From the human T2T-CHM13v2.0 reference genome, Homo sapiens: a stretch of DNA of 64,000 nt. Made by a program: the position numbers and the translations under genes. The DNA is taken from assembly GCF_009914755.1 (NCBI RefSeq), contig NC_060945.1. One strand, given 5' to 3'. The notes beneath the pieces were generated by a model. The model was given only the letters and a program-made list of their open reading frames with translations. It did no database searches and had not been told where the DNA came from. This document shows, piece after piece, positions 1 through 11,262 of this stretch. Within the stretch, counting starts at the first letter, position 1. Every line of letters starts with the position of its first letter.

Positions 1-673
1 TCTCTCCACTTATTTAGAACTTCCTTGATTGAATGCATCAATGTCTTCTAATTTTTTATGTATCAATTCTATACATATTTGTTAGTGTTATACTTAAATA
101 TTTCATTTTTGGTTGATTTAATTAATGGTACTTTTTTTTCAAATTCCAATCATTTTTTGCTAATAAAGAAGTAATTGACTTTTGCATATCATCCTTGTGT
201 CATGTAGTCTTGCTGCTGTTGCCTCCTAGTTCCAGGATTTTGCTGTTGATTCTTTGTGATACTTTACAGATAGTCATGTCATTTGTGAATAGATGCAATT
301 TTATTTCTTCATTTTCAACTTGTATATCTTTCATCTCATTTTCTTGTCTTATTGTGCTGGGAAAGATTTACAATACAATGTTTAATATAAGTGTTCTGTG
401 AGACATTCTTGCCTTGTTCTTGATCTTAGGGGGAGGGAGACCAGTTTCTCACCATTAAATATAAACTGTAGAGTTTTGAGGGGTGCTCTTTATCAAGATG
501 AGGAAGTTTCTCTGTTTCTAGTGTCCCAAGAGTGTTTTTTTATTGTTGTTGTTAATAATAGATGTTAGCTCTTGCCAAATACTTCTTCTGCATCATTTGA
601 TGATCATATATATATTACATATATATTTTTTCTACATCACTTGATGAGCTAATATATATTTATAATATATTAT

Positions 674-714
<41 letters not shown>

Positions 715-1678
715 GTTTTTCTTTGTTAACACTTAGATGTGGTGGATTGAATTGAATTGATTGATTTGCAAGTGATGAACCAGCTTGAATAGCTGGGTAT
801 ATCCCACTTGGTCATGCTTTATTCACTTTTTTCCTAAATGTTTGGTAAAATTTACCAGTGAAACTACCAGGTTTGGTGCTTTTTTAAAAACGTTTTTAAC
901 TATTGATGTGACTTCTTTAATAGATATAGCACTAGTAAAATTAGCTGTTTCTCCTTGTGAGAGATTCTGTAGTTTTGTTGTTGATGTTTTTCAAGGAATT
1001 TAACCGTATCAACTGAGTTCTACTATTTTGGCAGAGTTCGTTAGTATCCCTTCATCATCTTTTTAATGGGAATAAGCAATGATAGGTGATCTTTGATTTT
1101 TGATGTTTATAATTTGTGTCTTCTATCTTTTTATTTTGATTTTCTTGACCAGCCAAGAACCAGCCTATGATTTCATTTATATTTTATGTTATCTTTCTGT
1201 TTTGACTTTCATTAATTTTCTTCTAGTTTTTATTATTTATTTTATTCCTTCTCTCTCATATATTATTCATCTGTTTTTTCACTATGTCTACTTCATCTGT
1301 TAGAACCCTGGAGTCATTAATCAGAGGTGTTTTTAATTCTTGTCTGATACACCATCTGTTTCATCTCTGAGTCTGGTTCTGATGATTGCCTTATCTCTTC
1401 TTAGTGTGTTTTTTTCTCACCTTGTGGTATTTTTTGTTGAAAGCCAAATATAATGTATTAGGTCATATAAACTGAGGTAGATAGGTCAGCAAAAGAGTTT
1501 GTGTTAATCTAGATAGGAATTTGACTGTACTTAATATTTGCTATATAACAAGTATCAGAGACATTCAATTGTGCAGCATCATTGTTTTTGTTATTTTTCC
1601 TTTAACTTTCATGAGCACTCCTCCCTTATAAACAGCCTGTTTCTTGAAGCGCTTTCAGCCATATCTGCTATTAATATA
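1..1678 (-). mobile_element. Old L1M (LINE-1) fragments, antisense
   Basis: T-rich degenerate L1 ORF2-antisense motifs (e.g. 'gacattcttgccttgttcttgatcttaggggg', 'tttatcaagatgaggaagtttctctg', 'atcccacttggtcatg'); no ORF. Confidence 0.7.
675..714. repeat. (TAGA)n microsatellite
   Basis: About 10 perfect TAGA units seen directly. Confidence 0.95.
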
Positions 1679-2735
1679 CAGATGGATGTCTCATTATTCA
1701 CCATAGTTTATGTTCTAACAAATACTGTGCCATTGCTGCTAAAGGAAACACAGAGTTAAATTCCCTTGAGCCTCTTACCACATTTTCACCCACTGAAATG
1801 CTTTTTGTGTTATATAGGTCCATTTACTATCATCCTTAAAAAGAAATCCACTGTCATCAAGGTTGAAAACCTGTTTTTCACATAACCCTTTTCCCATGTA
1901 ACACTTAGCAGATTAAAAAAAAATTACTTTGCAGCCTCGTATTCTGCAGAAACTGCCTCACCTATAAGTTTAACATTTTTGTGCTATATTATTTTTTGAA
2001 ATGTGTGAGTCATCTGGTACTTGCTAAGACTGGTTTAGCATTTCTCTCATCCTGCGTAGCATGATTGTTCATTTCTTTGGCTTTTGACCTCAAAACGACG
2101 CTGTCCATTATGTTCTTTTTATTATTGTTATCTCATGAATCCACACACTTAGCCACTTTTGCATATTTTCAATAGCTTTATCACACACTGTAGATGTTAC
2201 TTTAGCACTCTTTAGATAAGCCTCATGTACAGATTGGTGAATTTCCTCTTTCTTTTTATGGTTGTACCATACTGTGATGCATAACATTGAACTCACAACC
2301 AACAGTACTATAACTCATGCCTGAATGAAACAAATCTAACACATATTTTTTTTCTATAAGGCACATCACAGCCTTTTTATATTTACTTGGAAACCCTAGA
2401 CACCACTTCATCTTTTCCCTTGTGGGCCATTTTAAATAATGAGATCACCATCACCAATAACAACAAAAATCACCAACGATTTTTTAAATGTAGCACTAAT
2501 TAGACCACAAAAAGGACATTTGCTTAAAGTATGAGAGCTTCTTGTTTCAGCTCTTACTTTGTTCCACCTCAGCTGGGACATATATGTCAGGTGATTCAAA
2601 TTTTTCAGCACTCTGCATGTCTGCATGGGATGTGATTATAAAAGCTCCGAGAGGATTGAGTTAGAGGTTACAAGTATGTTTTAGCAAGAAGGAAAATGAA
2701 CAAATACAAAATCTCCAAATTATGAGGATCCATTC
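1679..2735 (-). mobile_element. TcMar-Tigger DNA transposon, MER82-related, retaining the N-terminal transposase region
   Basis: Both ends match recalled MER82 termini and are flanked by TA (1677-78, 2736-37). ORF 2108-2302(-) 'KKEEIHQSVHEA...KAIENMQKWLSVWIHE' resembles the CENP-B-type HTH of pogo/Tigger transposases. Confidence 0.75.
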
Positions 2736-2737
2736 TA

Positions 2738-3690
2738 CCCCTGCTGCTCTGACAGCGGTGTGGGAAGGGAATCTTATAATTTAATTTCAGTATTTTATGG
2801 GGCCTGTGTGTCTGGGGTGAGACCTTCACAACTCTTTTTCCAGTGGTATAGCTGTTTTCCCCATTCAGCTGGAACTGGAGAGTAAGAGGAGGCTACAGTT
2901 GAAGGAATGTTCTTCCTTCGTTGTGATAAGAATCTAGGAAAGTCTTTTCTACTGAAAAATCGGCTTTTGTAATGCAGAGGTTTCTGAAGGACTCTCTCAA
3001 TGACTATTCTTCCCGTCAAAAGGGAATCATTCTGGGATCTTCATTTTGAAGACCTTATGGAGTTCCTGGAGGTAAAGCTCAGGAAAGAGTAGCGGGCCTC
3101 CTGACCGAGCGCGGTGTCTCATGCCTGTAATCCCAGCACTTTGGGAGGCCAAGGCAGGTTGATCACCTGAGGTCAGGAGTTTGACACCAGCCTGACCAAT
3201 GTGTTGAAACCTTGTCTCTATTAAAAATACAAAAACTGGCCGGGCGTGGTTGTGGGTGTCTTCAGTCCCAGCTACTCAGGAGGCTGAGGCAGGAGAATCG
3301 ATTGAACCTGGGAGGTGGAGATTGCACCATTGTGCTGCAGCCCAGGCAATAAAAACAAAACTCCGTCTCAAAAACAAACAAACAAAAAAAAAGAGTAGGG
3401 GCCTCCTAAGACTGTGGCCACCATAAAAGTCTCACTTTTAAGCTAGCCCATAGTTCAGCCTCTAGAAAATCTTCAAAAATCAAGTGTTGTTGTCACTTTA
3501 TGGTCCTAGCAGCTTCTGCTCCAGGTAATCAGATCTTAGCAGTGTCTGCCAAATGCTCTAAATCTGGAAAGCCAGATTCCAGGGTGATTATTTGCCTTGC
3601 AACTGCAATTGGCTGAAAGGTTCAGGAAACATAATTTATTTGGGAGTGATGACTTGTAAACTCTTTACCTTCGGAGCTGAATCTAGAAAT
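2738..3690 (-). mobile_element. Old L1M 5'-region fragment (host of the Tigger and Alu insertions)
   Basis: Resembles L1MC/L1MD 5' sequence and appears to continue the sequence left of the Tigger. Confidence 0.4.
3103..3392 (+). mobile_element. AluS (Sp/Sq-like) with a ~16-bp deletion in the right arm
   Basis: Alu dimer with A-tail; TSD 'aagagtag(c)gggcctcct' on both sides. Confidence 0.93.
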
Positions 3691-3801
3691 TCCATTCTTT
3701 TTAAAATAAATTTATTTATTGTAATTTAATACAATATCCAAATGTATACAGATCATGCATATATATGCCAATGAATAATTACAAAATAATTACATTTGTA
3801 T

Positions 3802-4267
3802 TGTAGCAGGAGGAGTCATAGAGAAAATCCCTCAGATACTGGATTGAGGAAGGAAAAACCTTTATTCAGCTGGGAGCATCAGCAGACTCACATCCTAGAA
3901 ACCGAGCTCTCCAAATAAGTAATTTCTGTCCCTTTTAAGGGCTCACAACTCTAAAGGGGCGGTGTGAGGGGGGGTGGTTGTGATCGATTCAGCAAGCGAG
4001 GGGTGCGTGACTGGGGGCTGCATGCACTAGTCATCAGAACGAAACAGAACAGAACAGGGAGTTTCGCAATGCTTCCTCAAACAATATCTGCAATCTATAG
4101 ATAACACAAGTGGTGAGGTCAGGGGTTGAATTTTAATTATCATGCCCAAAATGTGGTGCCAGTTTGTCTGACTATGAATTTCACTGCTGCTTATTCTTTC
4201 AACTTCTACCTTTACAGTAAACAAGAAATTAAGTATAAGACAATATGAGGAATGGTTTCCTCTCTCA
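3802..4267 (-). repeat. 3' LTR (LTR2 family)
   Basis: About 93% identical to 8342-8806 by manual alignment; preceded on the minus strand by PPT AAAGCGGGGAA (4268-4278); AATAAA at 3861-3866(-). Confidence 0.93.
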
Positions 4268-4292
4268 TTCCCCGCTTTGAGAACCTCACTCT

Positions 4293-6331
4293 CTAGTGGG
4301 AGTTCTCACTTTCATCCTCACTACCTATATCTTCCTGCAAGACAGATCAATAGTGATTCATATAGTACACATGTGCTAAAGCATTTTGGTGAACTAAGGT
4401 AGCAATTAAGCTTTTTATCATTTGAAGGAGTACAGGTAGCAAGCAAGGGAGTAGCAGGCAGGTTCCTATCACTACTATAATTCCTATTATAAGAGTTTTA
4501 AATCCTCCTATCGCTGGGAACCATTTTCCAAACATAGCCCCAGGATCGAATCCGTGCCACACTTGCATGGGCACATGTGTCAGCTTTGTCATGTCTCTGA
4601 CTATGTCTTCGACTACTTGCCCTTGATCATCTATGTGTAGACAGCAATTAGTAAGGTTAAATTTTCCACAGACCCCTCCTTCAGCTGCCAGCAAGTAGTT
4701 GAAAGCCAGTCTATTTTGGTAGATAGCATTTCTCATCTGAGTTTCTTGTCAGGCTGGTAAAGTCAAGGCTTGGCCGGTTTTATTAGTGATGATTTCTAAG
4801 ACAGCTTGCAACCATATGATTCAGTTGAGCATGTAAATGGGGGTCCAGTATCCCCATGAGCTGTCTTGTGCCCACGTAGCAGGCCCATAGTACTGTATAA
4901 TTCTTTCAGGGGGCCATTCATCATCTTTCCAATTACCTATGGCTATGCTTCTCCTTTCGCAGGAAGCGTAGACAGGGAAGCCTGGAAGTTCGCCTGTTTT
5001 TATGGGCAGTAGAAGAAAGATGGTTTAATAGTAACAATAACACAACTACCTGTCCATTGGTCAGGCAGCTTAGCATAGACTCTATGCCCACACCTCCAGT
5101 ATAATCCAGTGGGAGCTGTCTAATCCCAATGGGACTCCAGGTGGGTCCACATGGTCAGCAACTTTGGAAATTTACTAAATAGATTGTTTTCAGTGAAGTT
5201 TGAACTCCACCAAATGGCTGTTTTGGTAGCACTATTATACAGTTTCTGCCCAAGACAACTGAGCTGTCCTACAGGGTAGGTAATTCTTTTCCTTCTCTAG
5301 CTATGCAATATTGTCCAATTATTGAGGTTTTTAGGACCTAGAAGTTATCAGGATGATTCTTTTGGGCCAGGAATTCATTGGGAACTGGGTCTGTAGGCAC
5401 TAATTCTCGGGCTTCCCATGGCCACTGATCTCCCATTACAGTTCTTCCACAAACATGACATGAAGTGACATTAAGAGACTAAGCTACATGCTCGGCTAAT
5501 TGCAAAAACAAGTTTCTAGTTTTTCCTGGAATTTCTGGTACCGGTACATTTAGTTCATCATAGAAAGTTTGAAATACTGGTTGGGGAGAGCATTTTTGGA
5601 CTTCTCCTCATATCAAGATATGGACTCCAGGATCAAGACCGGTCCCATCAATTCCTAGGGTTACATATTCCCCTGTTTTCCAGAAGGGATCTAGTGGGTT
5701 AGCAATTATTAGTTCTAATGGGTTGCAATTTCCACTAGTGCAATAAGAGTTACTTTTTCCTTTCTGGAGGTTGACGAGGTCTTTTCATCTTTTTTCCAAG
5801 TAGACGAAATGATGCAAGACCAGTAGAAGCAACCTCCACAATTTCCTAGTTCATGACATATATACTTATTTTCTGGTGTATAGCTTTTTTCCCAATTGAG
5901 GGATCCGCATCCTATTCCTAACCTCTTGCTATGAATGACTGCACAAGCATCAAACTTTAAAATAATGTTTTTAGGAACTCCCCTTTCTTCTACCCTAGTT
6001 AGTACTTTACTTGTATCTCTTTGAAATGAGGTCCTTAACCTTATTTCAAAAACTGTGAACATGGGAGGCTCAGAGGGGTCATGGCACATGTCTGGCTGGT
6101 CATTTCCTGGGCTACACACTTTGTATTGAATGTTGTTATACAAATATGTTCCTTTTAAAGTTCCCAAGCATTCATAATAACTATGGAATAGATAGTCTTA
6201 GTTTGTTTCCCTACCTCTGTAACCTGATGGAGGTACTGGGAGCAATCTTCCATTTGGGGAAAATCAGTCGAGGTTTTTATTATACAAGTCCAAATCTCTA
6301 GAAAAATGAGTCTCACGATGAGTTTCCTCAT
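4293..6331 (-). pseudogene. env: HERV-E env pseudogene (stops and frameshifts)
   Basis: Starts MRKLIVRLIFL. SU fragment ORF at 5715-6167. TM ORF 4347-4736 has the ISD-like [28 protein letters not shown] and a hydrophobic anchor, typical of the HERV-E/ERV3 env class. Confidence 0.9.
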
Positions 6332-6353
6332 GCTTCAGCCGTGCATAGACCAG

Positions 6354-7820
6354 TCAGCTTCCAGGTATGACTGGAGCTGGGCTTGTCGTCTTCCTCAGAG
6401 TTACTTTGCAGGGGTTGTCCGGGCTCGCTTTTGCCTCCCAGGTTTCAGCAGCCGCAGATAGTAAGTCGGTGTTTCGCCGGGCCTGACGTTTGCCTTCTTT
6501 ACAGTTTTCCCTGCGGCTGGTTGCATCTTTGTTCACAAACACTTGATTGGCTATTTCCAGTAACTGTGATGTATTCATAACTGCAAATCCGGCCTGTTTC
6601 TGCAATTTTCTCCTAATATCTTCTGCACTTTGGCTAACTAGGGCCATGTTAATCATGTGCTGATTTTCAGGGCTGTCTGGATCAAAGGGGGTGTACATAT
6701 GGTAAGCCTCACACAATCTCTCACGGAATTGTGCCAGACTTTCCTCTTTTCCCTGGATAACTTCAGAAACTTTATTCATGTTTGTAGCCTTTGAGCCCCT
6801 TTGTTTAGATCTTCTAATAATGCCTCTCTGTACCGCTTTAGCCTTTCCATATCTGGCCCATTGTTCAGGTCCCACTGGGTGTCTGTTCCTGGCAGCTGAA
6901 TTCTTACGTATTCTTGAGGGTTTTGGAAATCGGCTGGGACGTGTTCTTCCAGCCACTTGGTTGCTGCCTGGAGTACCCTTTGCCTCTCATTGGTAATAAA
7001 GAGGTACATGAGCAGCTGGTGACAATCAGCCCAGGTAGGATTGTGAGTCTGTAAAATGGTTTGGAGCAGATCAATTAAGGCCTGGGGTTTCTCAGTATAA
7101 GAGGGTGTATTGTTTTTCCAATTTAAGAAATCAGCAGAAGTGAAAGGCTGATACAGAAAGGCACGTCTTTCCACCATGTGCCTGTCCTCATCTTCCCCAG
7201 TACATCGCTGCTCCCTCAGGGGTGTTTGGATTCCAGTCTTAGGTCATAAGTGGGCTGTCAAGGGAGAAGATTTCCTGCAGCTTCACTTCCTCTTTTGTCT
7301 ACTCTGGGTGGTCTAGGGGTGTGGATGTCTTGCGAGGGTGTAGGTGCTATGGGCTCAGGAGTGGGGAGCCCTCCTTCTCAGTAAGGGGGGACCATCAGTG
7401 CCATCTCCTGTCAGGAGTCATGGGGCATCGGGTCAGATAGGACTTTAGGTGCCGACCTCCCTCAGCAGGTGGAGTGAAAACCTTCCTGAACTGACTATCC
7501 CTTTGCTACTAGTACTGCTGCTGCCTGCCCTCTTAGCCACTGAGAGGGATCTAAAAGTAGCTGTAACCAGGAATCTATATACGGGAACTGATCTGGGTGC
7601 CCTTGCTTACAGGTTACCTTGTGCCATACCTTCGAGACAAGGGACCTACCCAGGCTTCCTTCTGATGGCCAACTCACTTCTAAGCCTGGCCAGTCTATTT
7701 CACACAGTTTTAAGTAAGTTTCCCTGGTGTCATAGTAACTCCATAATCCCCATTAAATCCCTTTTTGAAATTCTTTGGCATAGTTCCTAATGGGGTGGGC
7801 TTACTTTGCACCTGACCCAT
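6354..7820 (-). pseudogene. gag: HERV-E gag pseudogene (MA, CA) fused to the last ~30 codons of pol
   Basis: ATG at 7820 (MGQVQSKPTPLG). p30 motifs 'YQPFTSADFLNWKNNTPSY', 'THNPTWADCHQLL' and MHR 'QGKEESLAQFRERL'; ends 'ETWEAKASPDNPCKVTLRKTTSPAPVIPGS*' (integrase C-terminal tail). Confidence 0.88.
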
Positions 7821-8318
7821 GTTTTTCTCACACTCTCACCACACACACACACCTCACACAACGAAGAACGAGTAAAAGGGCACACACACAACTAATAATT
7901 AAAACCAAAATCTGAGTATCGAGAAACCTGAGCCAAGTCAAAACCAAAACCAGAACCAAATACCAAGCAATTTAAGTTAAGACCAAAACCGAAGTACCGA
8001 CATGGGCACGTCGTGGGTGATCAGGCCACGTTTCCACTCAAATGGAGTGGGCAAATTCCAAAGACTAGTATTACCAAGTTTTGGACGTCTGGACCCCTTG
8101 TGCCAGTTCCTTCCCAGTGTTCAGCTGCTGCGTGGATCCCTCCTCGGGGGCCTGCCACACGCTGCTCTGGCGAGGCATCCCACCAGGGCAGTTGCCTACC
8201 TGGGAGCGCTCTTTGGGTCTTCATCACTCAGGCTGGGCTGAGTCCCCCGCAGGGATGCTCCACAGGGCAGGCCAAAGCCACTTAAGCGGCTGCCTCGACC
8301 CTCCGTCAATCACCTCTC

Positions 8319-8336
8319 TTCCCGGTCAGGGAACCA
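8319..8336 (-). promoter_or_regulatory. Primer binding site for tRNA-Glu
   Basis: TGGTTCCCTGACCGGGAA just inside the 5' LTR, complementary to the tRNA-Glu 3' end. Confidence 0.93.
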
Positions 8337-8341
8337 AGAGA

Positions 8342-8806
8342 TGTAGCAGGAGCAGTCATAAACAAAATCCCTCAGATACTGGATTGAGGAAGGAAAGAGG
8401 TTTATTCAGCTGGGAGCATCAGCAGACTCACGTCCTAGAAACTGAGCTCTCCAAATAAGTAATTTCTGTCCCCTTTAAGGGCTCACAACTCTAAAGGGGC
8501 TGCATGAGGAGGGTGGTCATGATCGATTCAGCAAGCGAGGGGTGCGTGACTGGAGGCTGCATGCAGTAGTCATCAGAACGAAACAGAACAGAACAGGGAG
8601 TTTCGCAATGCTTCCTCATACAATGTCTGGAATCTATAGATAACACAAGTGGTGAGGTCAGGGGTTGAATTTTAACTACCAGGCCCGAAATGTGGTGCTG
8701 GTTTGTCTGACTATGAATTTCACTTCTGCTTATTCTTTCAACTTCTACCTTTTCAGTAAACAAGAAATTAAGTATAAGACAATATGAGGAGTGGTCTCCT
8801 CTCTCA
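8342..8806 (-). repeat. 5' LTR (LTR2 family)
   Basis: Direct repeat of 3802-4267; adjacent to the PBS. Confidence 0.93.
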
Positions 8807-10082
8807 GTGTAAACATGACACACATAATGTCATAGAATACTAATAACATACTAGTAGTCCCAACTGCCCCTTCCCAATCACCATTCCATTCTTTCTTTCC
8901 AAAATACTGACTACATTATATGACTGCAACTTTTGTACAATGTTATTTTTAGTATTTATGTAAGTGACATCATTCATCATTATTTTGTGTCTGGCTTTTT
9001 CAATCAATAATTTATTTTAATACTTATGGATGCTGTTGCATATAGCAACAATGTTTTTGTCTTTATTGCTGTATGGTATTTATTTTCCAGAGATATGACA
9101 ATTAGATAGTTGTAATTATTCAATGGGAATTTGTTTTTTCTCTAGTTGTTAATCTGTTTCAATGTGAATGATTATTCTAGAATATGTTATGTGGACTATA
9201 TAGTAGGCATTATTTAGGAGTATAATTCCTAGATCATAGTTAAAAGAATAGTTTATTTTAGTAAATAATGCCAATCAGCTTTCCAAAGTGACTGCACAGA
9301 TTTTCAGATTTTTATACAATCTATTGTATACATACATGAATGTTAACCAATTAACTTCTTCTGATACATAGGCAAGAAAAAATCCAATTTAAGTTAATTA
9401 TAACTTTATTTTTAAAGGTTTTATTTCTTAAAGTTTTACTTCTAGAGACTTGCCCAGATAATATACCTTCAATATTGCATATATATGTTTATTAATTGTG
9501 CCATTATTTATTATTGCAAAATGAAAAGATTAAAAACTCTACTTGCTCACATATGCAATTAGTTAAGTAAACTATGGTTGAATAAACTGATAGGGAGAGA
9601 CTTTGAGGATATATTATTACGTGAAATTTGCCAAAAAAAATCCCCAAACAGTATGTCTATTTTTATATATTTGGTAATTTTTTTTAAAAAGAAGACAAAT
9701 AACCACAAACCTATGAAAGTGATAGAGGTATGGATGAGTAGAAATGAAATAAAACGCATGTGAGAGGGAGCAACCATATTCTCGGTTCACCTTTTTTATT
9801 ATGAATTTCACTATTATAACCATGTTAATGTTCACATATTCAAAAATTATATTTAATTCAATAAAGATAGAAAAAACAATATATTATGAAGTTTGTTTAG
9901 AACAGTTAAAGATACTTTACAATTATGTTCCTAAAATTAAAATAATATGGTGGGTTAAAAGCTCCATCTTTGAACCTATTTTTAAGCTTAGAATTCTATA
10001 AATGAAAATCCTTTCCTTCTGCATGGAAGGTATTTTCCCTTCAGCTGTGCTTTTGCTAGCTATAAAGTTAAATATTTGAACT

Positions 10083-10205
10083 GAAGGAAATATATTCTGA
10101 AATATAATAAAAATAGGCTATTGAAAGGAAATATATTCTGAAATATGATAAAATTAGGCTATTGAGAGGAAATATAGTCTGAAATACAATAAAATTAGGC
10201 TATTG
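10083..10205. repeat. Tandem repeat, 3 x 41 bp
   Basis: 'ggaaatatattctgaaatat..taaaattaggctattg' recurs at 10086, 10127 and 10168. Confidence 0.92.
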
Positions 10206-10457
10206 CAATTGGCACAAAACTCTAATCCTCATTATACTGTTCTCAACTTTTTCATGGAGCTATAGAAATCAACTACAGCTCCTTTTTTTTGAACTGTTAT
10301 ATTACAACAACAGTGTAAAAAAAACGAACTTTTCATGCATGTATATACTATTAAAAAATCTATGTTACTTACTATTCTAGAGGTGATATGTAAACCATTA
10401 TAAAGAATTTTTGAAATACTACTATATTTTGTTTTTCAGTAGTGCTTAAAGCTTTAT

Positions 10458-10764
<307 letters not shown>

Positions 10765-10990
10765 TCAATAACAAGAGAGGTTTTAGCCCAGTAGGCTGTA
10801 ACAGCTTGTTTGAACTTGTTATGATCCATTTTGTCAATAAGGTCTTGGGAGATCTTTAAACCTGTGCTTATTTGACTATTAGGTATACATTATAACCATA
10901 TGTTGAATTAATGTTTACAACATATAGGTGTAAAAAAGAATTGAAACTCCTTTCTCCATGATATTTAAAAAAAAAATGATTTTAACAAGC

Positions 10991-11262
10991 TTTTTTGTTT
11001 GTTTGTTTGTTTGTTTGTCTTTTGAGATGGGATTTTGCTCTGTTGCCCAAGCTGGACTACAGTGGTTCCAACATACCTTCCTGTAAACTAAAGCTCCCAG
11101 TCTCAAGTGATTCTTCCTCCTCAGCCTCCTGAGTAGCCAGGACTATAGGCACACGTCACCACACTAAACCAATTTTTAAAAACATTTTTTGTAGAAACCA
11201 GTCTCACCATGTTGCCCAGGCTAGTCTTAAACTTCTGGCCTCAAGTGATCATCTCACCTTAG
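10991..11262 (-). mobile_element. AluJ, diverged and 5'-truncated
   Basis: (TTTG)n tail followed by antisense Alu body. Confidence 0.85.

Larger units (their letters stand above)
3802..8806 (-). mobile_element. HERV-E (LTR2-type, ERV1) provirus with pro-pol deleted
   Basis: Two ~465-bp LTRs with TG...CA ends, tRNA-Glu PBS, PPT, gag and env remnants; 4-bp TSD gtat/gtgt. Confidence 0.92.
3700..9310 (-). mobile_element. L1ME-type 3' end, split by the ERV insertion (3700-3801 and 8807-9310)
   Basis: Antisense L1M 3'UTR motifs continue across the provirus ('ttttgtgtctggctttttcaatcaataat', 'tttccaaagtgactgcaca'). Confidence 0.6.

Noticed and set aside
4027-4224. Paralogous ORFs at 4027-4224 and 8491-8823
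   Set aside because: They are the same frame in the two LTRs, not a gene duplication.
10083-10205. CRISPR-like array
   Set aside because: The units are contiguous with no unique spacers, and the context is eukaryotic.
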